A stretch of 63,612 nt of DNA, counting the filler, from Octopus bimaculoides (lineage: Eukaryota), in the NCBI RefSeq assembly GCF_001194135.2. It is 4 parts of 4 records of this genome, joined end to end, with 100 filler letters (N's around TTAATTAATTAA, not from the genome) between each part and the next. Parts side by side here need not be neighbours in the genome. Positions count along the whole stretch, not along the records: positions 24,545 to 52,266 come from NC_068989.1; 3 more parts are not named here. One strand, given 5' to 3'. Position 1 is the first letter of the stretch. Each line of letters begins with the position of its first letter. A program made the translations under genes and the position numbers. Shown piece by piece: positions 36,811-50,190 of the stretch. The notes beneath the pieces are model-generated. The model was not told the DNA's origin. It saw only the letters and a list, made by a program, of their open reading frames with translations, and did no database searches.

Positions 36811-37749
36811 CCACCTGCAGTTTTTAATGAAGCGATCAATATTTAATTCTCACGATCAGCCGACCTAATTCTGCATTTCACTACTCACAGTTTTGAACTG
36901 CTAAACATTATTATTGCTCTTCCTCAATTTGAATCTTAAACCTTAAAGACTTCATTCATACATTTCTATCCATATATACTTTTTTGAATTCCCATTACTC
37001 CGATAATTCTGCATTGTTACAGTTACACTGTTTCCATGACAGTAGATAAATTTTTTATTCCACAACATATTTGTAGTGGCTTCATGCAAGCATAGCGTGG
37101 ATTCGATCCTCGATTGCCAAATTTCACTTAACACTCCAACAGCGCTTTTCTCACTGTAAAACAATAGTTTTTCTGTGAATGACAGCAGTTATACATTTCC
37201 CAGCTGCCTTCGCTAAGCAGAATAATGTCTTTGCCGCTTGACTCTTCTAACCTCTTCTAGGCCATCAGTGGCTGGAATGGAGATAACAGACCTCTAACGA
37301 AATCATTTGTTCCCAACAATATGTCTATCCTTCTGGTTGTTTTTCAATAGTTATAAAAACAAGAACTCCGTAAGCTAAAGGCAGTTACTGAGAGCCACAA
37401 TCAGTGAGTGTGAATGTTATTATTACACTTTCTTCAAACACTATATATATTTATATAACCTCTCTCACCAACCTCCGACAATCTTTCTCGCCAACCTCCG
37501 AAAACTTCTCTCGCCAACCTCCAACCATCTCTCCCTCCTCCAGCTGGCAGTTTTTTGTACTTTTTCGTGACGGAAAATACACCTTTTGTGGCAGTTATAA
37601 CGAAATTGCTTTCTTATATCAGAGTAATAAGACGTTTCAATAGAATATCTTTACCCCCGGGAATTATCGGGTACACCAGCTAGAACCATCATATACAGTA
37701 ATACTGTCATTATTAATATGTTAATGTATGTATATAATAAAGTGAAATT

Positions 37750-37988
37750 TCCTTCCCGAGTCATATAAACTCACAAGGTTTCCCTGTTTCCATGGTGTAT
37801 ATATTCTCCACCTGGATGGGACACCGGTCCGTCGCAGGATTACTCGTTTTTGCCAGCTAGGTGGACTGGAGCAACGTGAAATGAAGTGTTTTGCTCAAGA
37901 ACACAGCGCATCGCCCGGTCCAAGAATCGAAATCACAATCTTACGGTCATGAGTCCACACACTAACCACTAAGCCACGCGCCTCCACA
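37750..37988 (-). mobile_element. tRNA-derived CORE-like SINE
   Basis: Head TGTGGAGGCGCGTGGCTTAGTGGTTAG...TTTCGATTCTTGG, then GTGTTCTTGAGCAAAACACTTCATTTCACG. Confidence 0.8.
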
Positions 37989-38042
37989 ATGTATGTATGT
38001 ATGTATGTATGTATGTATGTATGTATGTATGTATGTATGTAT

Positions 38043-38184
38043 GTGGAGGCGCAATGGCCCAGTGGTTAGGGCAGCGGACTCGCGGTCATAGGATCGTGGT
38101 TTCGATTTCCAGACCGAGCGTTGTGAGTGTTTATTGAGCGAAAACACCTAAAGCTCCACGAGGCTCCGGCAGGGGGTGGTGGCG
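38043..38184 (+). mobile_element. tRNA-derived SINE head, truncated by a gap
   Basis: TGTGGAGGCGCAATGGCCCAGTGGTTAGG...TTTCGATTTCCAGACCG. Confidence 0.75.
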
Positions 38185-40183
38185 NNNNNNNNNNNNNNNN
38201 NNNNNNNNNNNNNNNNNNNNNNNNNNNNNNNNNNNNNNNNNNNNNNNNNNNNNNNNNNNNNNNNNNNNNNNNNNNNNNNNNNNNNNNNNNNNNNNNNNNN
38301 NNNNNNNNNNNNNNNNNNNNNNNNNNNNNNNNNNNNNNNNNNNNNNNNNNNNNNNNNNNNNNNNNNNNNNNNNNNNNNNNNNNNNNNNNNNNNNNNNNNN
38401 NNNNNNNNNNNNNNNNNNNNNNNNNNNNNNNNNNNNNNNNNNNNNNNNNNNNNNNNNNNNNNNNNNNNNNNNNNNNNNNNNNNNNNNNNNNNNNNNNNNN
38501 NNNNNNNNNNNNNNNNNNNNNNNNNNNNNNNNNNNNNNNNNNNNNNNNNNNNNNNNNNNNNNNNNNNNNNNNNNNNNNNNNNNNNNNNNNNNNNNNNNNN
38601 NNNNNNNNNNNNNNNNNNNNNNNNNNNNNNNNNNNNNNNNNNNNNNNNNNNNNNNNNNNNNNNNNNNNNNNNNNNNNNNNNNNNNNGACTATATATTAAT
38701 GTGTTAACATATTTCCTTCTAACTTTGTTATTATAAAATTAGAAATATTGCATTTCTAAATCTCTCAGAGAGAGTTATGCAGTAGCAGCCCGATAAAGTG
38801 ATGGTTTCTTGCCAATTTAATGTGGCAGTCCCAGGAAAAGGGAGAATACTACTGCTATTTAGCCCCAAGAAACGCCGTTTCTAGTTGGCTACGTGACAAG
38901 CGTTCTGTGTCCTTAGGTTTTCAAACAGAGGAGATAAGCACCTCCACCCAACAAAGCCAAGTTTGATAAAATACTATATGTACAGACAATGCTATTTGCA
39001 AAGTCTTTTTGCTCAATTTCTTTTTTAGTTTTTTACATTTTCCTCACCATTTTACCTAATTTGATCCATCTATATTTTCTTCTTTTAACGCCCACAACAG
39101 ATCCGTTTCTGCACGTATTTCTCTCTACTAACAAGACCTACTGGATTTTCCGGTATACATGTCGAATTTTTTAGACAAGCATTTGCAGTAAAATACGGCA
39201 GGTCGACTTATACCCCTTCCATGTGAAATGCAACAGGATTTGGAAAGACACTGGCGATGTTTGAATGTTTACACTATATAACATGTCGGCTTGTTTGCTG
39301 GAAAATACAGTATCTCTTCTCTGTTGTGCTTTCTAGAAGCGTCTCTTAATTTCACTGAAAATTCAGTCAACTTATTATTCATTTGAAAAATTAACCTAAA
39401 CGAAAGAGAATGCCTTATGAGTGGATTTGGTTGATGGAAATTGTATGGAAGCCCGTTGTATATATATATTTTTACATATAAATTAAGCAGAAAATGGAGA
39501 AATCTTGATCAACAACAAGTGACTAACATCAATTATTGTTTTATCCATTTAACAGCCGTTTCTGCTTCTAATGTCCTACGGTGTTGTCATTGAAAATTCT
39601 GAGAATAATATTCGTCATATTTTGTAACACATCCCATCCGGAACATGGAGCTTCATCAGAGTGAAGAAAAATACATAAAGAAAAGAAAAGAAAAGAGGAA
39701 GAGCCTCGAGAGGAATAATGAAGGCTTAATATATTTAAATCATACCATTTTGCAGTGTAACGCTTCAGGACACTGAGTAAATGACTAAACTAGAAATATT
39801 AATTGGTGGGTTAATTTTTCTTTAGAGGTAACAGGGTGTACACCCTGTTATCCCTAAAGAAAGATTTGTTCAGCTCCCATCCTGCCTGACATCCAATGCT
39901 GGTTTGTTTATGTCCCTGATAAAATAAGTACCAGATTTTTTTTTTAAATTAGTAGTAGAGTCGATTTATTCGACTAAATCGTTGTGTATACCCACATTCA
40001 ATTGACTGTAACAAGTAAAAGATAAATATATATATAATAAAGAAATAACAAGAGATGGACTCTTTAGTAAGTACGTATTTGTTGAAATACATCGTTTATA
40101 CACAATAGCGCTGTTACCGATCTGACCTTGGTGCTGTCACTATTTAGGTACCTGATTCTTTTGGATTCTGGAAATTATATATA

Positions 40184-40247
<64 letters not shown>

Positions 40248-40779
40248 NNNNNNNNNNNNNNNNNNNNNNNNNNNNNNNNNNNNNNNNNNNNNNNNNNNNN
40301 NNNNNNNNNNNNNNNNNNNNNNNNNNNNNNNNNNNNNNNNNNNNNNNNNNNNNNNNNNNNNNNNNNNNNNNNNNNNNNNNNNNNNNNNNNNNNNNNNNNN
40401 NNNNNNNNNNNNNNNNNNNNNNNNNNNNNNNNNNNNNNNNNNNNNNNNNNNNNNNNNNNNNNNNNNNNNNNNNNNNNNNNNNNNNNNNNNNNNNNNNNNN
40501 NNNNNNNNNNNNNNNNNNNNNNNNNNNNNNNNNNNNNNNNNNNNNNNNNNNNNNNNNNNNNNNNNNNNNNNNNNNNNNNNNNNNNNNNAAGAAGTCTAAA
40601 AAAGAATTGAAGAAACTGAAAATTATTCTAGCCGTGACCGCTCAGGAAGGCACCAACACAAACTGATTATTTTATTCACCGCTTTCCGAGAGTAAATCCT
40701 TTCTTTCATGCAAGCGAGATACAAGCAGAGTTACAACACATAATTACAATAATAAAACACCAAATTTATCAACAATTAA

Positions 40780-41525
40780 TGATCGTTTGGTAAAAGATTT
40801 TAAACTCAGAGCATGCAAACCGGCAAAAAAACAAAGAAAAAACAAAAAAAGGACAAAAAAAAAAAACAACAAACAAACAACGTCGGTTGAACAAGCAAAA
40901 CATTCAAGATCGAATTAAATTTTGCCAAAGATATGAGTATTGGACACTAATTGAACGGAGCAAAGTCATGTTTACTAATGAAATATTAATTTCTCAGTAC
41001 CATAGTTATCAATCTCAAGTAAGAAGACTGAAAGGTGAGCGCCTGAACGAAAGGTATACGTCAGAAACTGTTCGTTCTGAACCTACAGTTATGATTTGGG
41101 CGGAGTAGGGTGGGGGCTATTTTAGTCAGGTCAGATGTGGGTTACATTTTGTACCCAGAGGAGTAACTCTGAAAGCAAAAGATTATCGAGAAATTTTAAA
41201 AGTGCCAAGGTTTATGGTAGCTAGAAATTGCTCAATCATGCGAGAAGATGGTGCCCCAATCCACTCAAAGAATGGTTCGAAGAGAAACTTTTTTACCTCT
41301 GACAGGAATAACCAGGAAACTCTCCCGATTTAAATTGCATTGAAAATTGTTGGAGTCTCCTTAAGAAAAAAAGCTTCCACAAAAGCAAACATCATATCAC
41401 CAAGAAATGGTGGCAGAATTCAAGAAAATATTGGTGAGTGAAATAACAGCAGAATACGGCCAGAAGCTTGTGGAATCCATGACAATGAGAATAAAAGCAA
41501 ACGGTTCATATACTAAATATTAATT
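40780..41525 (+). mobile_element. Tc1/mariner transposase remnant
   Basis: RIKFCQRY..WT......VMF.NE...VRR.KGER...T..TV...TVMIW; EDGAPIH; PGNSPDLNCIENCW. Confidence 0.85.
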
Positions 41526-41715
41526 GTCCATTCGTTTATTACTTATTACTAATTCCTTACTTGAGATATTCATTTTAATACAGTAAAACGTTTTTTCATT
41601 GAGTAAAAAATTTTGTTATAGTTGTGTGTGTGTGTTCGTTTGTGTGTGTGTGTTCGTTTGTGTGTGTGTGCGTGCGTGTGCGTGTGTGTGTATTATATAT
41701 ATATATATATTTATA

Positions 41716-41859
41716 ATTGTGTCTGGGGAGAGTCATTCTCTTTTAGTGCCTTACTAATTTAACACACTCCCCGGTCTGATTTCCACTCATTTACTTGTAA
41801 ATGAGCATGTTAAATTAATAAGGCACTAAAAGAGAATGACTTTCCCCCCCAGACACAAT
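41716..41859. mobile_element. Small MITE with about 50-bp terminal inverted repeats
   Basis: ATTGTGTCTGGGG..AGTCATTCTCTTTTAGTGCCTTA.TAATTTAACA pairs with TGTTAAATTA.TAAGGCACTAAAAGAGAATGACT..CCCCAGACACAAT. Confidence 0.8.
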
Positions 41860-42431
41860 AAAATATGCTTCAACACACGAATTCACATAAAGAATCTTGC
41901 AAACCAAATACAAAAACTATATATATATATATATATNNNNNNNNNNNNNNNNNNNNNNNNNNNNNNNNNNNNNNNNNNNNNNNNNNNNNNNNNNNNNNNN
42001 NNNNNNNNNNNNNNNNNNNNNNNNNGAGTGGCTGTGTGGTAAGTAGTTACCAACCACATGGCTCTGGGTTCAGTCCCACTGCATGGCACCTTGGGCAAGT
42101 ATCTTCTACTCTAGCCTCGGGCCGACCAAAGCCTTGTGAGTAGATTTGGTAGACGGAAACTGAAAGAAGCCCGTCGTATATATGTATATGTATATATATG
42201 TGTGTTTGTGTGTCTGTGTGTGTGTCCCCAACATCGCTTGACAACCGATGCTGATGTGTTTACGTCCTCGTAACTTAGCGGTTCGACACTAGTGACTAAT
42301 AGAATAGGTACTAGGCTTCCAAGGAATAAGTCCTGGGGTAAATTTGCTCGACTAAAGGCTATACTCCAGCATGGCCGCAGTCAAATGACTGAAACAAGTA
42401 AAAGAGTAAAATAATATATATATTTATTTAT

Positions 42432-42542
42432 TTATCACCTATAATACGAATTCGGTTAACTGAGTAATAATTACGCTTAATTGTATTGCCTCGATTACAG
42501 AAATTATCATTCAATTAACCGAATTCGTATAATAGGTGATAA
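42432..42542. mobile_element. Small hairpin MITE
   Basis: TTATCACCTAT.ATACGAATTCGGTTAA ... TTAACCGAATTCGTAT.ATAGGTGATAA. Confidence 0.7.
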
Positions 42543-43231
42543 GTGACAAAATTTCGGTATAAAATTAAAGGACCAGAACGCAACATCTGATTGGGTTAAA
42601 CCGTTCAGGACGGCAAAACACATAACTGTTTGATTTCTGTAGATGAGATTTTTTCCTGTGTGAAAACCATTTCCGAGTGCCAGCTGTGTTACAGTAACCG
42701 ACTGATGAAGTTGATAATAAGAAAAAACGATCCTTCCCGAGTCATATAGACTCTTCTCTGTTTCTGTGGCGTATAGTTCCTCCCTGAGTCATATAAACTC
42801 ATTCAAGATCGAATTAAATTTTGAATAATTTCCTGGTTCCTCTGACATATATATTCCCTCCTGAACGGGACGCCAGTCCGTCGCAGGATTACTCATTTTC
42901 GTCAGATGAGTGGACAAGAGCAACGCGGAATGAAGTGTTTTGCTCAAGAACACAACGCATCGCCCGGCCCTGGAATCGAAACGACAATCTTACTATCATG
43001 AGTCCGACACACTAACCACGAAACCACGAGCCTCCACGATGAAGTTAATGGCAACATAAAATAAATTTAGGTTCATAGGAGATATTCAATGCTTTGTAAT
43101 ATTGTGTTTGGTATAATTTTAAATGGAACCGACATAAATTTATTCAAGATCAATTATGATTATTTTTGACAAGTTTAGAAATCATCTGAGTTCTTTGTCC
43201 CTTTAGCATTCAGTCAAATGAAACCCTTAAT

Positions 43232-43480
43232 ATTACCTCCGTCATAGCGAAGGTATCATTTTCAGTCGTGTTTGTTAGTTTGACCGTGAACAAGATATCT
43301 CAAAAACCGCGCGATGGATTCGGATGAAACTTTCAGGGATGTTTGGACTCGTGACTGGCACGAACTGATAAACTTTTGGAATCAATCCAATGACGGACAA
43401 GGATTATGGATTATTTTTAGGGTTCTTTTTACTTAATTTTTGAGAGCGGTCGGATTCATTTTTAGTATTCTCGTTTATGA
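43232..43480 (+). mobile_element. HINE/DINE-like non-autonomous Helentron fragment
   Basis: ATTACCTCCG...GGT..TTTTCAGTCGTGTTTGTTAGTTTG..CGTGAACAAGATATCTCAAAAAC...GGATTCGGATGAAACTTTCAGG, the characteristic 5' block of this class. Confidence 0.6.
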
Positions 43481-43489
43481 AATCATTCG

Positions 43490-43735
43490 CATATATCGAA
43501 AAAAGTCTTTCTATGTTTAAGGATATGGATTCAAAAGCTCAACTCTTTTCCAAGATTATGGGGGGCTTGTCACGAAGCTTTTGCTCCCTACAATGTAATC
43601 CTTGAGAAAAGGAAGAAGACAGTTCAAGGAACGCTCAACCGGTTTTTTAAGTGCATTGAACAAGAACAGCCAGAGTCAGCTGTTGATGTTGACGATCCAC
43701 AGCCATCTACATCCACGATGTAAACCACCAAACTG
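43490..43735 (+). mobile_element. Tigger/pogo transposase C-terminal remnant
   Basis: IEKSL.MF..MD......K......Y..ILEKRKKTVQGTLNRFFK....PQPSTST*. Confidence 0.6.
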
Positions 43736-44651
43736 TATGTACGTATTGGTAAATTTAAAATAATAAAATAATAATAATTACTGAATTTGTTTTTTAAGCT
43801 TAAAAAAAGCTTTTATTTTACCATGTCTTATTGCAAATCGCATTCATAAATAAAGCGTCTGCGATGTACAGTAAACAGCACCACATGGTATTCATTTTTT
43901 TACTGTACTGTATTAAAAAATTAAAATTATTTGTTTGTAAGCTTAAAATAGGTTTTTATTAACCAAGTATTATTGAAAACGCATTCATAAATAAAGTACA
44001 GAACCGGGAATGGTTATTATCGGTTTAGCCTGAGATAGATGACAGTTGAACTTGATGTCTGGAGGTGTAGGAGAAGAAGAGCTTCATTCAGTGAAGCATC
44101 TCGTAAGAGTGTGAGGTGACTGATGATAGACAGTCAAGGACAGGTTGGTCAGCAATATCACCAAGGTTGGTCAGGGTTAGCAGCTGCAACAGTAGATTTT
44201 GGACTAACTGGCTTGAAAATGAGTTGAGTCTGAGATGTTTACTTTGCTGCTTTCGCATAATTAGTTCCCTTATGGCAGTTGATAGTTTAGTTGTATCCTT
44301 GTTGACAAATCATTCTATGAAATTCCGTTTTCAAGGGATTCTCGTAAAACGGTGTTTGAGTTTCTCGGGCAATACTTCATCCTCAGTAGATGTCCTGTCA
44401 TCAACGAGAACTGCATCCACTATTTCTGTTAACATCTGATGTTCAAGGTCAACTTCTGTATCATCTAACCTCGCTCTGGCATTATTCCTTGTTACCTGTA
44501 TTTTACCCGGTCTTTGGAGTATTTGATGAAAATCCCTTTCTGAAACCTTTCAAAATCGTATTCTACCTTTATACGGTGGCATAGCTAGAGTGTGTGCCAC
44601 CCGAGGCAGCCCTTGAGTTTCCCTGCCCCTGACCCCTAACCATATATATAG

Positions 44652-45000
44652 CAGTGGTTCCCAAGCTTTATCGGGCTGCCGCCTCCTTGACACCCAGGCT
44701 ACAGCCCTAGCGCTCCCACCCCAAGTAACCATCGCAAACGTAGAATGCTTTCTGAAGCAAATTCAAAGCAACTGTATTTAGCAAATAAAACTTAATCTTG
44801 GTGTTATTAGTATCTCTTGTTCCTTGTGTGTCTTCTCTAAAATCTTCTATAACCACGAGAAAATGTCTCCGTTCGCGTAATCTCTCGCTGGCTATTATAA
44901 TGGTTTGGTACAATGTCCAGATCAGAGGGTAACACTGGGTGGCCAAGATCATACAACATATTATACCAGTGTTATTATCTGTTTGGGTGCCACCTTAGTG
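44652..45000 (+). mobile_element. hAT/Charlie-like non-autonomous element
   Basis: Starts CAGTGGTTCCCAAGCTT, a hAT-Charlie-type terminus. Confidence 0.45.
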
Positions 45001-45249
45001 AGCAGGTGCCTTGTTCAAAATTTGTAGCGCCTTAACTTCATTTGTAGACAGCCTGAAGACATCTTCCAGGTATTTGCTCATCGGCAGAATGATATGCAAG
45101 AAAAAGTAGTCATTAAAGACATGCAAATTGAGTCACTATTTTTTGGAAAGATCATAATTCGCTGGTTACTGGTTTTTGAAAACTCAAAGTCGTACTCGTC
45201 TCCCTGCTATCACTAACTTACAGAGCATCTGTCTTTGCGCAACCCAAAG

Positions 45250-45900
45250 CCGAAAAACGTTCCTTACGATCGGATATGGAAACTTCATTCTGAAAAGCTT
45301 GGGATAGTAAGAACTGCCATTACAACACGGTTTCATCTGCATTTTACTCTTGAGAAATTAAGATCACTCTACTAAAGATTATTTTATTATCAATTCCATG
45401 GTGATTTCTAAATCGCCATAACCACCTGTCACTAGTTTGGAAATTCTTGATGCCCATATGTCTAGCTAAATGCAGAACCTTGAATTTCCACATGTTATTA
45501 CCATATGGTCGTTGATAGATAAGAGACTTCATCGATGCCTCCTCGGGATTTGTACTTTTTACAATTCTCATACGTAACTTTCACCAACATTATATTTCTA
45601 AGAATATGTAGTGAGTTTGTCCATAATTTCGCTTATACAAGAAAATTATACTCTTCACAATCTCATACTACAAAAACATCAGTTTGCAGTTCATCGAGGC
45701 ACAAGTTTCTTTGGATTATTATTTTCCCTTCAAGCCATGATATAAAATGTAAGGTTGAAAGTTACCTGATCACTGAAATATTAATGAAAATTGCAACGCA
45801 ACACAGCATTAATACTCAAAGATGGCGACAGAAGTCAACTCTTCGGTTTATCCGATATCCAGCTTCACGAAATACATTTTAACGAGGATGCTCTGTGTGA
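45250..45900 (-). mobile_element. Tigger (CENP-B-type HTH) transposase N-terminal remnant
   Basis: KVLHLARHMGIKNFQTSDRWLWRFRNHHGI matches the A...G...F.AS.GWL.RF..RHGI CENP-B box. Confidence 0.75.
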
Positions 45901-48900
45901 AATTAGTGTTAATTTATGTTTCCGTGTAATGCATTTTGCATTGTGCTTCGAGTAATGCATTTCGCGGTGTCTAATCGTTGGTATGCATTTCATTCGTGTG
46001 GTTTCTGTCCGATTACAGATGTAGTGTTTACTTATTTATTGTGCTGTATTTGTGTTGTATATTATTCTACAACTTGGTCAACTAAATAGTTAGTAACACC
46101 CGTTATTGAATAGTGTTTATTTCATTCTGGATTTAAAAAATCTAATGCAATGTTACCGCTGTGATTTTGTATCTGTGAGCATTCGCTGTCTCCGTGCATA
46201 TGTACGCATTTATTTGTGTCATGATGCTTGTTAAATTCAATCAAAATGTTTAAATTAAAAACTTGAGTCATTGAATGGAATCATTGGGACTTTTATCTAT
46301 ACTGTCTCGAATATTGGATTTTAACAGGAAGTGGTTTTCTAGATGTTCCTTTAATTTCTCGACGTCTTCCGGTTTGTCCATGAAGACGAATACCTCGTTC
46401 ATATAATTGGTGTATATTGTGTGTTTTCTATTATGACCACAGAATAACGCGAACTTGCGCCCTAAGGGAGAACTTGTAACTACTCCATCTTTTTTTGTTT
46501 ATGTAATTTGTCCTCAGGATAGCTGGTCTCCCTTGTCTCATCCCTCTCCACTCTTTTCCATTTTATACTCATTTCTCCCTGCTTATCTCTCCTTTCCTTC
46601 TCCCCAATTTCATCTGTACCCATTACTATTCCTGCTGGTCTCTCCTATCGATACAATACTCATGTCTCTCTTTACAATTGATCTCCCTAGCTGCTCATCT
46701 TACACTGTACTTATCCTTCGTTACTCTCTCCTTAAACTGATCAATTTTTCGTTACAAGTCACCCACTTTGTTACGACTTTTTATAATCAGAATACAAATC
46801 CGATTGAGGTTAACTTTTGCCTTTCATCCTTCCGGTGTCGATGAAAAAAAAGAGAACTAATAAATTTAAATACATCCTAGATGTGAATGGAATTACAAAA
46901 GACAACTCAAAACCCAACTCTTAAATACCCGATTCCGTCTCTTACATTTATAACACCTTACTCACTTTATTCTCATCTCCTACTCGCTGTATTAATCTCC
47001 CTGTCTTTCTGACCCTCTCTATATAGAATGTATCTTAGTATAATCGTATTCATCTTTCTTTTTGCCCCTCCCTGTACATGCACTCATCCGTATTTACATA
47101 TACTCTGTTTTTATACTCTCCCCTTTTGTGTTATTATATACTTCCTATTTCATACTCTTCACATTTTCCCCTCTCTATTATACACATCACTTCATATAGA
47201 TACTTCCTTTACACAATATTTTTTACTCCTAATCATACTCTTCGCTTCTTCATTCTCACAACACACACACGCACGCACACACACACACGCACAGTTTCAT
47301 GCAGCCTGTATGTGTGTGTGCGTGCGTGTATGTATGTGCGCGTGTGTGTATGTATTGTATATTAATCTTAACGCTCGTTCTCCATTTACACCCCTTATTC
47401 TTGCCACTCTTTAAACTCACCCTCTCTGTCTCTTTCCCCCTTCACTTTCTTCCACATTATCTCTTGCACATAAACGCGCGCACACACACACACTTCCTTT
47501 ATTTTCTCTAAATGTCAGTAAAACTACGAACTGGCGAAAACGTACACTTCTTTCGCAAAAACAGAAAAAGAAGAAATAAAAAAACAATACACATAACAAT
47601 AACCTCCGCCTCCCCATTTAAAACAAAACTATCGAGTGTGCGACAGGGCTATTCGCGGTTGATTGATCTGCTAGAAATAATAGCCAAATGTCTCAAATTA
47701 CACTTAACATCTACGAAATGGTCATATCGAATTACGTGATGACGGGTCACGGCTGGTATGTCTTTTACTTAAAACTAATCCACAACTGAAATAAGACGGG
47801 CTCTACCTGCTAGATCTCATATCACACCGTACTATCTCTAACAAAAAGTAGTGGTAGTAGTGGTGGTAGTTGTGGAGAGGAAAGACACACTAGACAATGT
47901 ATCCTTAGATATAAGTGTGCTTTAACAAAAAAAAAAAAGAAAAAAAACAGACGAGATGGTTACTGGTTGTAATTATGTTTTTGATTAGTTAAATTTACTG
48001 GATTAGGGCTGACCTGGGCCTAAATAAACAACAATGTCTTCTTCAGTTTTCAACGTGTCCACTTCTCAAAACAATAAAAAGAACAAAAAATACCCCCCAT
48101 CATTCTTTCTCCCAAAATAAAACAGAACCTCCCCCCTTCAACTAACGTAAGTTTCTCACTGAGAAATCTAAAACATCTTTNNNNNNNNNNNNNNNNNNNN
48201 NNNNNNNNNNNNNNNNNNNNNNNNNNNNNNNNNNNNNNNNNNNNNNNNNNNNNNNNNNNNNNNNNNNNNNNNNNNNNNNNNNNNNNNNNNNNNNNNNNNN
48301 NNNNNNNNNNNNNNNNNNNNNNNNNNNNNNNNNNNNNNNNNNNNNNNNNNNNNNNNNNNNNNNNNNNNNNNNNNNNNNNNNNNNNNNNNNNNNNNNNNNN
48401 NNNNNNNNNNNNNNNNNNNNNNNNNNNNNNNNNNNNNNNNNNNNNNNNNNNNNNNNNNNNNNNNNNNNNNNNNNNNNNNNNNNNNNNNNNNNNNNNNNNN
48501 NNNNNNNNNNNNNNNNNNNNNNNNNNNNNNNNNNNNNNNNNNNNNNNNNNNNNNNNNNNNNNNNNNNNNNNNNNNNNNNNNNNNNNNNNNNNNNNNNNNN
48601 NNNNNNNNNNNNNNNNNNNNNNNNNNNNNNNNNNNNNNNNNNNNNNNNNNNNNNNNNNNNNNNNNNNNNNNNNNNNNNNNNNNNNNNNNNNNNNNNNNNN
48701 NNNNNNNNNNNNNNNNNNNNNNNNNNNNNNNNNNNNNNNNNNNNNNNNNNNNNNNNNNNNNNNNNNNNNNNNNNNNNNNNNNNNNNNNNNNNNNNNNNNN
48801 NNNNNNNNNNNNNNNNNNNNNNNNNNNNNNNNNNNNNNNNNNNNNNNNNNNNNNNNNNNNNNNNNNNNNNNNNNNNNNNNNNNNNNNNNNNNNNNNNNNN

Positions 48901-49340
48901 NNNNNNNNNNNNNNNNNNNNNNNNNNNNNNNNNNNNNNNNNNNNNNNNNNNNNNNNNNNNNNNNNNNNNNNNNNNNNNNNNNNNNNNNNNNNNNNNNNNN
49001 NNNNNNNNNNNNNNNNNNNNNNNNNNNNNNNNNNNNNNNNNNNNNNNNNNNNNNNNNNNNNNNNNNNNNNNNNNNNNNNNNNNNNNNNNNNNNNNNNNNN
49101 NNNNNNNNNNNNNNNNNNNNNNNNNNNNNNNNNNNNNNNNNNNNNNNNNNNNNNNNACATATACATATATATATATATATACATGCATACGCACGCGCAC
49201 ACACATTCATATACTGAGCCCTCAAGTCCATAACATTATATATAAATATATATACGCCTGTAATATTACGTAAGTGACTTAAGGAACGAGTTCCATGAAA
49301 ATACACACATATATGTATAATAAAGTTACGCGCGCGTCTG

Positions 49341-49375
<35 letters not shown>

Positions 49376-50190
49376 GTATATTGAAGAAATGCTAGTGCTA
49401 CGTTCCCTCGTGTTTTGTATTTTCCTTGTGTATGTACATACAAAGTCTACGCTCTCGTTTGTGTGCTTAGATAACCCTTTCTGTATATGAACGAATGTGT
49501 GTTTGTGCGCGCGCGCGAACGTGTTCTCGTAAATACGCCTGTGTGCTGTAGGCTGTAAATATATGTCTGTGTATGAGTGCGCGCGCGTGTATGTATGTGT
49601 GTGTGAGTGCGCGCGTGTATGTGTAAATGAGTGTGAGTGAGTGAGTGAGTGAATGAGAGAAGTAGCGCTCTCTAATGTTTGAAGGTTAGGAAAAAAAATC
49701 CTCAGCCGCGCCGCTGTCTTCTCGCTCTCCAACTTAAAGGTTCGCAGTTTACGTACGTTTGTTTGCTGCTTCGTCATCTTGTGTATCACCATCTCTTAAG
49801 AGACCATACAGAGAATCAGACAGAGAGACGGACATTGTCGACTGGCGATTGTACGGTTTGTGTTACCCTCTGGGTCACTTTATTACTTCTTTTATATCAA
49901 ATTCGCCTTGCTCGTTCGTCCTACGAACAGCGAAACGAGACCAAAAAAAAAAAATAGAACGGTTGGCTACTGTATTTACTACCTGGATTTAATACATACA
50001 AGCACGCACGCACGATCACACGTATTTATATACACATAATCAGACAGGCACACACACACACATTTTATACATTACAACAACCACAACCACGACGTCCTCA
50101 AGGCGGAGTAACTCTTCTAAAAAAACACGATGTCCAACGACTGGCAATAGCATAAGGTCTGACCTGTTGGTCGGCAACCGTGGTCAGTGC

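Noticed and set aside
48050-49792. 580-aa ORF and other long ORFs containing X runs
   Set aside because: They are open only because N gaps and dinucleotide repeats lack stops; no recognisable protein content.
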